37,513 nucleotides of DNA from Oculatellaceae cyanobacterium bins.114 (GTDB lineage: Bacteria; Cyanobacteriota; Cyanobacteriia; Elainellales; Elainellaceae), in the NCBI GenBank assembly GCA_033764315.1, contig JANRJA010000036.1:1-37513 (forward strand). Reading direction: 5' to 3'. Shown one piece after another: positions 9,318 through 18,700 of the stretch. The translations under genes were made by a program, and so were the position numbers. Below the pieces are notes generated by a model, which saw nothing but the letters and a program-made list of their open reading frames with translations, had not been told where the DNA came from and did no database searches. Positions within the stretch are counted from its first letter, which is position 1. Every line of letters starts with the position of its first letter.

Positions 9318-9836
9318 ATGCCTAGATCCCAACGCAACGATAACTTTATCGATAAAAGCTTTACGGTCATGGCAGACTTGATTCTCAAGTTGTTGCCCGC
9401 TAACCAAACCGCTAAAGAAGCCTTTGCTTATTATCGGGATGGCATGTCTGCTCAAGCCGATGGTGAATATGCTGAAGCATTGGCCAATTACGAAGAGGCC
9501 CTGAGGCTAGAGGAAGACACCTACGATCGCAGCTTTATTCTCTACAACATTGGGCTGATTCATGCGAGCAACGGTGAACACGACAGAGCCCTTGGATATT
9601 ACCATCAAGCGTTAGATTACAACCCTCGGATGCCTCAAGCGTTAAATAATGTTGCTGTGATCTATCACTTTTTGGGTGAGCAACAAGAAGAAGCCGGAGA
9701 CTCAGAGGCCGCAAACGTCCTGTATGACAAAGCAGCTGATTATTGGCAACAAGCCATTCAATTAGCTCCTAATAACTACATCGAAGCTCAAAATTGGCTG
9801 AAAACCACAGGTCGCATGAAGATTGACGTGTTTTAG
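9318..9836 (+). CDS. ycf3: Photosystem I assembly TPR protein Ycf3
   Basis: [20 protein letters not shown]...[17 protein letters not shown]. Confidence 0.98.
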   Translation: MPRSQRNDNFIDKSFTVMADLILKLLPANQTAKEAFAYYRDGMSAQADGEYAEALANYEEALRLEEDTYDRSFILYNIGLIHASNGEHDRALGYYHQALDYNPRMPQALNNVAVIYHFLGEQQEEAGDSEAANVLYDKAADYWQQAIQLAPNNYIEAQNWLKTTGRMKIDVF

Positions 9837-9904
9837 AAAACTCGTCATGCGTCAGTCGTTGTGAGTCAATCATCTATTTTCTGATCCCCTATCTCAAATT
9901 TTCT

Positions 9905-10195
9905 ATGCTCGATCGCGATCAGGTTCATAAAGTGGCTAATCTTGCTCGATTAGACCTCACCCCCGCTGAAGAGGAACAGTTTGTTACTCAGCTCAGCAGC
10001 ATTTTGGACTATTTTGAGCAGTTAAGCGAACTTGACACTAGTCATGTTCAACCCACTGCACGGGCGATCGATGTTGTGAATGTGATCCGCCCTGATCAAC
10101 TCAACCCCTTTGCCGATCGCGAGAGCATTTTAGAGGGAGCACCCGATCGCGAAGGGGAATTCTTTAAAGTGCCTCGCATCATGAACGCCGATTAA
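9905..10195 (+). CDS. gatC: Asp/Glu-tRNA amidotransferase subunit C
   Basis: VHKVANLARL...QLSELDT...FFKVPRI. Confidence 0.96.
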   Translation: MLDRDQVHKVANLARLDLTPAEEEQFVTQLSSILDYFEQLSELDTSHVQPTARAIDVVNVIRPDQLNPFADRESILEGAPDREGEFFKVPRIMNAD

Positions 10196-10201
10196 AGCCG
10201 A

Positions 10202-10981
10202 TTAAAACTGACGCCGAGAGAAGATAAAGATGGCGATCGCTAATAGTAACGTGGTATAAAACAAGCCATAGATTGCATTGGTGACCAGTTCGAAAGGCTG
10301 GGGCAATAGGTTGAGTCCATACACAGCCTGGTTTTTAAGATTGAGCCGTTCTAAATCAGGCAACACTAGATACAACCCTTGAGTCACTTGATGGACGGTT
10401 TCATTTTTTGCCAAATTTCCCAGGGTCAACAAATCTCGGCTCAGATGCCCCATTAGATACACCGCAAAGGTAAACAGGGTCGCCAACAGAGAGCTTGTAA
10501 ACACCCCAAACAAAATAGCGACGGCTGTCATCAATGACAGCTCTAACACTTGATAAAAAGCGGCAATGAAAACGCTGCCGATGGGATAGGGGATGTGATA
10601 AGCACTGAGCACAACCCCATAAATAATGGTCATAGTCAGCACTAACACCGCTAAGACGGCTGACAATCCTAAATGTTTGCCAACAATAAATTCGCTGTGG
10701 CTAATCGGTTTTGCGATTAAGACAAAGACCGTGCGTTTCTCAATTTCTTTGTTGACTAAACCTGTGCCTACAAATACTGCAATCACCAGGCTCAAAATGC
10801 CGATCGCCGCTAATCCTAAATCTGCCAAAATCTGACTCTCAGTGCTGGCAGATACATAGGGAATGAGCGTGCTAGCGGCAACAAACAAAACTGTAAAAAA
10901 GCCAATTAAGTAAAGAACGCGATCGCGAATGACTTCCCGAAATACATTCGTTGCAATCACACTCACTCTGCCCACATTCAT
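10202..10981 (-). CDS. ABC-2 type transporter permease
   Basis: FREVIRDRVLY, KEIEKRTVFVLIAKPISHSEFIVGK, about six TM helices, ends FSRRQF. Confidence 0.88.
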   Translation of the reverse strand: MNVGRVSVIATNVFREVIRDRVLYLIGFFTVLFVAASTLIPYVSASTESQILADLGLAAIGILSLVIAVFVGTGLVNKEIEKRTVFVLIAKPISHSEFIVGKHLGLSAVLAVLVLTMTIIYGVVLSAYHIPYPIGSVFIAAFYQVLELSLMTAVAILFGVFTSSLLATLFTFAVYLMGHLSRDLLTLGNLAKNETVHQVTQGLYLVLPDLERLNLKNQAVYGLNLLPQPFELVTNAIYGLFYTTLLLAIAIFIFSRRQF

Positions 10982-11229
10982 AGCGTTATCCAATGGCTAC
11001 ATTGATTGACAAATCAACTTGACAAATCACCCACTCGTTTGCTCTCACCTCAACTCTCGTCTTGAGGAAAAAAGGCTTTCAGAGAGTTATATTCACTCAA
11101 ACTCCCCTCGATCCGCCATTTTACTTTACAGTCTCGTAGAGAATATCGCACTTACACCTTAAAACGGGCTTCATATCGGGTTACAATGCAAATTTGCTAT
11201 GCCATTTTTAGTCAGTCGGAACCACCTCC

Positions 11230-12525
11230 ATGATTCAAGAAGTTTTCATGCCTGCTCTTAGCTCTACGATGACCGAAGGCAAAATTGTCTCTTGGGTCAA
11301 ATCACCCGGTGACAAGATTGAAAAAGGTGAAACGGTAGTGGTGGTAGAGTCTGACAAAGCCGATATGGATGTAGAGTCCTTTTATGAAGGCTTTTTGGCA
11401 ACAATTTTAGTGCAATCTGGAGAGAGTGCTCCGGTGGGTGCGGCGATCGCCCTAATTGCTGAAACTGAAGCAGAAATTGAAACCGCTAAACAGCAAGGAG
11501 CAGGCGCACCCCAGACTACAGCAGGTTCTCCTGCAACTCCTGCGGCAACTCCTCAAGAAAAAGCAGCAGCAACGGAAGTAGTGGTGCAAGCTGAGGCGGC
11601 TCCCAGCAATGGAGCTTCACCCCAAAATGGTCGAATCATTGCCTCCCCTCGCGCCCGCAAGTTAGCCAAAGACCTCAAGGTTGATTTAACCAGCGTATCG
11701 GGCAGTGGTCCACATGGACGGATTGTGGCAGAAGATGTCGAAGCAGCGGCTGGCAAAGTCAGTCAACCTGTGACTACAGCAGTAGCGACGGCACCCGTGG
11801 CACCCACTCCAGCCCCTCGACCCGTTCCAACTCTGGCTGCGGCTGTCGCTCCAGGCGAAGTAACTCCGTTTAACACGCTGCAAAATGCTGTCATTCGCAA
11901 CATGATGGTGAGTTTGCAAGTTCCCACCTTCCATGTGGGTTACACCATCACAACCGACAACCTCGACAAACTCTACAAACAAATCAAACCTAAAGGGGTA
12001 ACGATGACGACGCTGCTGGCCAAAGCAGTCGCTGTCACCCTACAAAAGCATCCTCTATTAAATGCCAGTTTTACTGACCAAGGGGTGCAGCATCATGGCA
12101 ACATCAACATTGCCGTAGCCGTAGCAATGGATGATGGTGGATTGATCACGCCAGTGTTGCAAAACGCCGCTCAAACTGATATCTATTCCCTCTCACGCAA
12201 CTGGAAAGATTTGGTAGAACGCGCCCGCTCTAAACAGTTGCAACCGGCTGAATACAGCACAGGAACGTTTACCCTGTCGAATCTGGGGATGTTTGGAGTC
12301 GATCGCTTTGATGCTATTTTGCCGCCTGGGCAAGGCTCCATTTTGGCGATCGGGGCATCTCGTCCACAAGTCGTGGCAACGAGCGATGGTCTGTTGGGCG
12401 TGCGCACCCAAATGCAGGTGAATATCACCTGTGATCACCGCATCATTTATGGAGCACATGCCGCTGCCTTCTTGCAAGATCTGGCAAAACTGATCGAAAC
12501 CAACCCTCAATCGCTGACCCTGTAG
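11230..12525 (+). CDS. pdhC: Pyruvate dehydrogenase E2 dihydrolipoamide acetyltransferase
   Basis: Lipoyl domain ESDKADM, E3-binding ASPRARKLA, catalytic DHRIIYGA. Confidence 0.96.
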   Translation: MIQEVFMPALSSTMTEGKIVSWVKSPGDKIEKGETVVVVESDKADMDVESFYEGFLATILVQSGESAPVGAAIALIAETEAEIETAKQQGAGAPQTTAGSPATPAATPQEKAAATEVVVQAEAAPSNGASPQNGRIIASPRARKLAKDLKVDLTSVSGSGPHGRIVAEDVEAAAGKVSQPVTTAVATAPVAPTPAPRPVPTLAAAVAPGEVTPFNTLQNAVIRNMMVSLQVPTFHVGYTITTDNLDKLYKQIKPKGVTMTTLLAKAVAVTLQKHPLLNASFTDQGVQHHGNINIAVAVAMDDGGLITPVLQNAAQTDIYSLSRNWKDLVERARSKQLQPAEYSTGTFTLSNLGMFGVDRFDAILPPGQGSILAIGASRPQVVATSDGLLGVRTQMQVNITCDHRIIYGAHAAAFLQDLAKLIETNPQSLTL

Positions 12526-12617
12526 AAAATTAGAAGTGCTACTGATTTCGTCCTGATCTCAGCTCAAGGCGATGTAACTCTATGTAGCAAATCTGACACT
12601 TCTACAGGTTAAACGTT

Positions 12618-13508
12618 ATGCGTATTCCTACCCTCGCGGTTTGTGCGTTGGCAGCTTTGGCTGCTCAAGACTGGAATCAGCAGGCGATCGCGGCTTCTAG
12701 TGCATCACTGTCCCCAGAATCTGAGTCAACCAACTCGCTATCCGTCGAGGAGAGCACTGCTGAGTCAACTCAGGTCATGCAAAGCACGTCCCCCAATGGG
12801 GTCATTGCCCAACCAGAGACTTTTGGTGTGGAAGCCCTGTCTGCTAACTCCCCGGCTATAGCAGCCCGTTCTACAGAAACGGCGGCTACTCCAATGTCGA
12901 GTGCCAATGAAGAAGCAGATGCGATCGCGGATGAAAGGGTTGCGACAGATCTCCAGTTGCCGCCAGCCCAAGAACCAACCCTCCTCATTGCTCAAACGTC
13001 TCCGACCCGCCGTAATGACACTCAAGGGGCGATCGACATTCCTGTGCAACCGCCTCTTAGTCAGTCACAGTCAATGCTGACTGCTCAAGCTCAACCTGCT
13101 GTTCGTCTGGCGACTCCCACGCGAGTTACTATCCAAGGTCAGGACTTACCCGTACCTGGAGCATTGCCCACTTCATTTAGATTTCCGATTCGCACCCGCA
13201 TCGTCAGCAATCCTGCAATCACGACCAATACTCCCATTACGGATCAAGAGTTTCCCAATCCACTGCCTCGTGCTAATGTTGGTTCCCTAGAAGAATTAGC
13301 TCGCTATCGAGAAGCCCGTACGGTTGCACTAAATGTCTGGGCAGAGCAAATTCGGGGCTGCATGCTGGCATATCCCAATATGGTGAGCCTACAAAATGTG
13401 AGGCGACCTGACGGAACGGTAACTGAAGAACAGATACCTGTGTTATTCAACGGTGAGCGCGGCAGCATTGTGAGCAATGCGAATGGACGGTTAGTTTGTC
13501 CAAATTGA
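12618..13508 (+). CDS. Hypothetical exported protein with low-complexity N-half
   Basis: Signal-like N-terminus, S/T/A/P/E-rich linker, and a globular C-terminus with two Cys. Confidence 0.75.
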   Translation: MRIPTLAVCALAALAAQDWNQQAIAASSASLSPESESTNSLSVEESTAESTQVMQSTSPNGVIAQPETFGVEALSANSPAIAARSTETAATPMSSANEEADAIADERVATDLQLPPAQEPTLLIAQTSPTRRNDTQGAIDIPVQPPLSQSQSMLTAQAQPAVRLATPTRVTIQGQDLPVPGALPTSFRFPIRTRIVSNPAITTNTPITDQEFPNPLPRANVGSLEELARYREARTVALNVWAEQIRGCMLAYPNMVSLQNVRRPDGTVTEEQIPVLFNGERGSIVSNANGRLVCPN

Positions 13509-13572
13509 TCAACTATTGATCAACCGCTGTCGCCTTAGCCCCATTCGCACCATAGCCATCCCAGGTGGGTTG

Positions 13573-13986
13573 TCAGAAGCGCATTCTAACGGAGTACGCT
13601 TCTGGCAATTCCCCAATTTCTGGACAGGGTCCACCGTGGCATAGGACTCTAATCATTTCTGCGCCAGGATGTTTGAACAAGATTTCAAATTCACTGTTGG
13701 GCATTCTCAAACTCTTAGTACAACTCGTCGTAAATAGGGGTGGGAATTTGGGGTGCAGGGGTTTCACCCCTGGCTGGGGGCACAGCCCCCACACCCCCTT
13801 GGTTTTATTTCCAAACCCTATCTGTGAAAAGCAGTACTTAGGAATGAGATGAGCCTGAATAGGTTCTGTTAGAGCTAATCCATTTCCAGGAAAAAGGATA
13901 ATGGTAATCTTACCCTCCTGTAAGCATCCCAAAACGTTTGCTGGGAAACGCACATAAAAGAATGAATTGTCTTCTACGCGATGCAT
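13573..13986 (-). CDS. Small hypothetical protein (96 aa native) carrying an in-frame 41-aa MITE insertion
   Basis: Removing 13718-13840 restores ...AHLIPK-SLRMPNSEF... in frame. Confidence 0.65.
   Translation of the reverse strand: MHRVEDNSFFYVRFPANVLGCLQEGKITIILFPGNGLALTEPIQAHLIPKYCFSQIGFGNKTKGVWGLCPQPGVKPLHPKFPPLFTTSCTKSLRMPNSEFEILFKHPGAEMIRVLCHGGPCPEIGELPEAYSVRMRF
13718..13837. mobile_element. 120-bp MITE family C, long copy
   Basis: Ends GTACAACTCGTCGTAAATAGGG / GTACTGCTTTTCACAGATAGGG. TTA TSD at 13715-13717 and 13838-13840. Second copy at 27652. Confidence 0.88.
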
Positions 13987-14011
13987 TTCAACATGAGTAG
14001 ATGGGTGCCAT

Positions 14012-14047
14012 TAACTGTAAAAGTAACTGTAAAAGTAACTGTAAAAG
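14012..14047. repeat. Perfect tandem repeat (TAACTGTAAAAG)x3
   Basis: Read directly from the sequence. Confidence 0.9.
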
Positions 14048-14192
14048 GTTCTAATCCAAAGCTTACAGTTTTAGCTGCATCCTTTTGATATCAGTTTTTC
14101 AATTGTTGTTGCCATACCTCTACTTTTGCTTTTGACCAGATCGGGCAAAGAGCTTGGTCTATGGATGGAGCGATCGCCCCCTCTTCCCTTGG

Positions 14193-14437
14193 CTACGGTG
14201 TACACACAAGTCCTCTTAGCCCCTAAATCTCTAACTTTTGGGGATGTTGAGCCGTTGCCAAGAGTCTTGCCCCCACCCAAAACACCCGAACTTGGAACCC
14301 GTAAGCGCGTCTTTGGGTGAACCGAAACACTCTCTGCTAGGGGGTTTGGGGGAAACTCCGCCAATGCCTGGTTTTCACATGCTTGCAACAACCCTGTACC
14401 TAATTTGAAAGGAAACAGAAATCTGGGTACACGGTAG
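14193..14437. mobile_element. 245-bp MITE family D with IS4/IS50-like ends
   Basis: TIRs CTACGGTGTACACACAAGT / CTACCGTGTACCCAGATTT. Exact 10-bp TSD CTTCCCTTGG at 14183-14192 and 14438-14447. Confidence 0.88.
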
Positions 14438-14478
14438 CTTCCCTTGGGGAGTTGCAAGAAAATCTTGTATCACTGGTC

Positions 14479-14525
14479 TTCGACTTCGCTCAGCCCTCCC
14501 AGTCCGCAAGTTGAGTGGAGTCGAA
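14479..14525. repeat. REP-like hairpin
   Basis: TTCGACTTCGCTCA...TGAGTGGAGTCGAA stem, including G-U pairs. Confidence 0.55.
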
Positions 14526-14757
14526 ACTCACTTCACAGGCATTCTTTTGGGTTGCACACCCCTTAGATCTTTTTTTTCCTTTTTCTCTGCCTCCTCACTT
14601 TACCCTCCCCCCGGTATTAATACGGAAATCCCTGTCCGTGCTTCTGCGAAGTATCTTCTCCTCAGTAACACCAATTGTTTTTCTAACAGTTTTACCGATG
14701 TTGCTTTTAGTCATTAAAGACTAGATTCAAAGCTAGTCAAAACCATAATTACGAATT

Positions 14758-15126
14758 GTGAAAGATCTACCATTATTGTGGAGTGAACGATTAATCGGGA
14801 GCCAGCTTTTTCCATTTAAGTTCTGGTTTAATGGACAGGTTCGCGATGGTTTGCGATGTCAAAATAATCTCTTTCATTTACACCACACGTTTAGTCTTTC
14901 CCAAAGGGATAAAGCCTATGAATTGGCGTGTGAGCTTCAGTGCAAGGGCATCAAAGCTGCCATTACCTGCTCTGGTAAAGAATATCGACTGTGGACAGAT
15001 TTACAAAGTTCTACCAGTTTAACGAGCGATCGCCTCGATTCTGAAAGTTCGCCAATCAATCATTCAGTTGCTCAGCCAACTCACTCTAATCAACACCCCT
15101 CTCAACTAACACCCCAATTTATCTAG
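14758..15126 (+). CDS. Hypothetical protein (cyanobacterial type)
   Basis: Protein-like core PFKFWFNGQVRDGL...AYELAC...YRLWTDL with a disordered tail. GTG start. Confidence 0.7.
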   Translation: MKDLPLLWSERLIGSQLFPFKFWFNGQVRDGLRCQNNLFHLHHTFSLSQRDKAYELACELQCKGIKAAITCSGKEYRLWTDLQSSTSLTSDRLDSESSPINHSVAQPTHSNQHPSQLTPQFI

Positions 15127-15168
15127 GCTGATTGTCTAAACTAAACCTTGAATAGGGTTGATGAAATA

Positions 15169-15480
15169 ATGCAACTCTCGCCACTCACCGCTTATTACAT
15201 TCGCAAGCTGTTGCATAAGCATGAGCAAAGGCTGCGGTTTATCGTCGCACACGGTGCAGCGGTGAAAGCCGATTCACTAGCAGATTTAAATGGAGTATTG
15301 GAGAGCTTATATTTAGAAGAATCAGAAATTAAAGCTGTCACACATAAATTAGAAAAGTTGGTGACCTTCCATCAACTGCTGATGCAGCAAAGAATCAAGT
15401 ACAACCCTGAGCTATCAGAATTAGAAGTGTTAGAAGTAGAGCGACAAATCTTTTGGCTCTTAGGTTTTAAGACAGGATAA
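15169..15480 (+). CDS. Hypothetical helical protein
   Basis: 103-aa ORF ending EVERQIFWLLGFK, co-oriented with its neighbours. Confidence 0.7.
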   Translation: MQLSPLTAYYIRKLLHKHEQRLRFIVAHGAAVKADSLADLNGVLESLYLEESEIKAVTHKLEKLVTFHQLLMQQRIKYNPELSELEVLEVERQIFWLLGFKTG

Positions 15481-15719
15481 GGCTTAAAAGTGGGCACACT
15501 AAGTAGGAACTGGGAACAGTTCATGGGCAGTCGAGTCAATTCAGGGTGTGGGAAATACTGAGACTCACCTAGTGAATAACACGTAGAACGTTTTAAGCAA
15601 ATTCCAGCTTACGTTTGTTCAAACGCACTGTATACAGTTAAGAAGTGTATAGTTTGTTCATCTTTAGGCTGATGTATCGTCTCTCAATTGCTCTGATGTT
15701 TTAAGGAATAAAAATAAGG

Positions 15720-18700
15720 ATGGCAGACTGCATCAGACATTTGCAAGGCTTGTTAGACCATGCCAGTGATCTTTATCTGATCTTTTCTCCTGAAGGGCGG
15801 CTTCTCTACACCAATCCGGCCTTCTATCATTTTTTGGGATATACCAAAGCAGATACCAAACAGCATTCATTTTTTGATCTGCTGCATCCTAACAGTGGCG
15901 ATCGCCTGCGAAAGACCCTACAAACTCTTCAAACCAAGGGTAAAGAGCGCACGATTACGACGACATTCGTTGCTAAAGATGGCAATTCAGTCTCCCTCAG
16001 TGGTTGCATTAGCCTCCAAGCTGAAGAGGGTTCCTCATTGTTTTGGAGCGTTTGGAAAACGGAAGGTGATTTATGTTCATCCTGCTCAACCTCTGACCAT
16101 GAGCACCTGCAAGAGGCGTTTCGGCAAGGAGAGTCTCGCTATCGAGCACTCGTCGAAGACCAGACCGAGCTAATTTGCTGTTTTTTAGAAGATGGCACTC
16201 TGACCTTTGTCAACCATGCCTATTGTCGATACTTTGAGCGACCCATTGAGCAACTCATAGGCACAAGCTTTTTCCGTTGCGTTCCTCAAGAAGATCGAGA
16301 CATTCCTCTGCAATATGGCTCAATGTTGTCTCAGAGCAATCCTGCTGTCACCTACGAACATCGAGTCATTGCGCCAACTGGGGAAGTTCGATGGCAACAG
16401 TGGACCAATCGCGCCATTTTTGATAACCAAGGGCAATTAGTTGAATATCAAGCGGTTGGGCGAGATATCACAGATATTAAACAGACCGAGGCAGCTCTGC
16501 GAGTCAGTGAAGAACGTTTGCGACTTGCTCTAGAAGCCTCCCAGGTGGGCATTTGGGATTGTAATTTGCGAACGGGTCAAGTCATCTGGTCTACTGACGT
16601 TGAGAAACTGTTTGGTTTGCCCCCTGGCGAGTTTAATGGCAGTGACCAAGACTTTTTAAAATATGTCCATCCTGACGATCGCGAACATGTGTTTCAAGCC
16701 AGCCGTCAGGCAATTTGTGAGCGATCGACTTACGATATTGAGTTTAGAGTGGTGTGCCCTAACAATGAGATTCGCTGGATTGCCAGCAAGGGACAGGTGC
16801 TCTATAGCGAAGTTGGTAAACCGATTCGCATGACTGGCATTAACCTCGACATCACAAACCGCAAAACCCTAGAGGAATCACTGCGGCAAGTGAACGAGCA
16901 GCAAGGATTTGAAATCAAAGCCTATTCCAGCGAACTGACCGACACAATCCAACGATTACAGCAAGAGATCAGCAATCGTAAACACGTTGAATATGCCCTG
17001 CGCGAAAGTGAAGAACGCTATCGCTCGGTCATTGCTGTGTTGCAAGAGGGGATTGTTTTGTATGATGCCAATGGTTCTGTGCAGGCTTGTAATGCCAGTG
17101 CCGAACGTATCTTGGGACGATCGGCAGCTCAGATTTATGGAGAGTCGCCTCTAGATTCATCTGAGCAGGCAATTTGTGAAGATGGGTCTGCATTTCTAAG
17201 TGAGATGCATCCTGCAACCATCACACGACAAACAGGTAGACCTTGCTCCAATGTCGTAATGGGGCTTTGCAAACCCAGTGGTGGGTTAACCTGGATTTCG
17301 ATCAACTCGCAACCCCTATTTCATACAGGTGAGCAGCTACCTTATGCTGTAGTCATCTCATTCTCAGACATTACTGCCCGTAAGCAGGCTGAGATGGCAT
17401 TACAAAATAGTGAAGCTCTTTATCGGGCGATCGTTGAAGACCAAACCGAATTAGTCTGTCGCTTTTTAATCGATGGCACCTTAACATTCGTCAACGACGC
17501 TTATTGTCGGGTCTTAGGAATCGATCGTGAAGAACTGATTGGTCACAACTACCGCATGTTCCTTTTGGCATTAGACCCAGAAGCAGAGGCTCCCTTAATC
17601 GCCTCTCTCATGCCAGACACTTCTTTTAGTTGTTTTGAGCATCAAGTGATTTTGCCCAATGGTGAGGTGTGTTGGCAGCAGTGGAATAGCCGCGCTATCT
17701 TTGACGATCAGGGCAACTTTCTTGAGTTTCAAGCGGTTGGACGCGACATCACCGATCGCAAACGAGTTGAGGAAGCGTTGCAACAAACCACCGATCGCCT
17801 CAATGGCATTTTGCAATCAGTAGATGATGTGGTGTGGTCGTTGTCGCCCGATAACACCACCGTTTATTACATCAGTCCTGCGGCTGAGCAGATCTATGGA
17901 TACCCCATTACAGCTTTCTATCAGAACCCCAATCTTTGGTCAGAGGTCGTTCACCCTCAAGACCAACTAGAGGTCAGGTCGTCGGTGCCCAACCTATTTC
18001 AAACCGGGTTGCTGAGTATGGAATATCGCATCGTTCGCTCTGATGAGACGACGCGATGGCTCTATCACCGTTCTTGGCTGATTCGTGACAATTCAGGCAA
18101 AGCCACTCGCATCGACAGCATCATTACCGACATTACCGATCGCAAACTGGTTGAAGCCGAATTGCGATTACGCGAAGCTCGATATGTGCTGGCATCTTGT
18201 GCGGGTCAGGTTGGGGTGTGGGATTGGAATCTAAACACTAACGAAATCTATATTGACCCACATCTAAAACAGATGTTGGGATATCAAGATCACGACATTC
18301 GCAATCATTTGGATGATTGGGTGCAATTAGTGCATCCTGACGATTTAGACAGAGTGATCGTGTCGATCAACAATCATCTGTCAGGGCACATCTCAGAATA
18401 TGAGCTGGAATATCGCATGATCCATCAAAACGGCGGGATCCACTGGTTTCTTACTCGTGGTGTAGGGTTATATGATACCAGTGGTAAACCTTACCGCATG
18501 ATGGGAACAAACACTAATATTACGGATCGAAAACAAGCTGAAGAGCAACTCCAACGGCAGCACCAGCGATCGCAACTGTTCGCTGAGATCACCCTTAAAA
18601 TTCGGCAGTCGTTGCAGTTAGAAGAGATTTTACATACCACGGTTACGGAAGTCCAAAAGTTATTGCAAGCCGATCGCGTCATTGTTTATCGGCTGTGGTC

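Noticed and set aside
14012..14047. CRISPR-like repeats
   Set aside because: Contiguous tandem units with no spacers, and no cas genes in the window.
14071..14457. 128-aa ORF spanning MITE D (also an in-frame 255-bp insertion)
   Set aside because: Mostly MITE sequence, and the reconstructed ~43-aa host ORF is not convincingly a gene.
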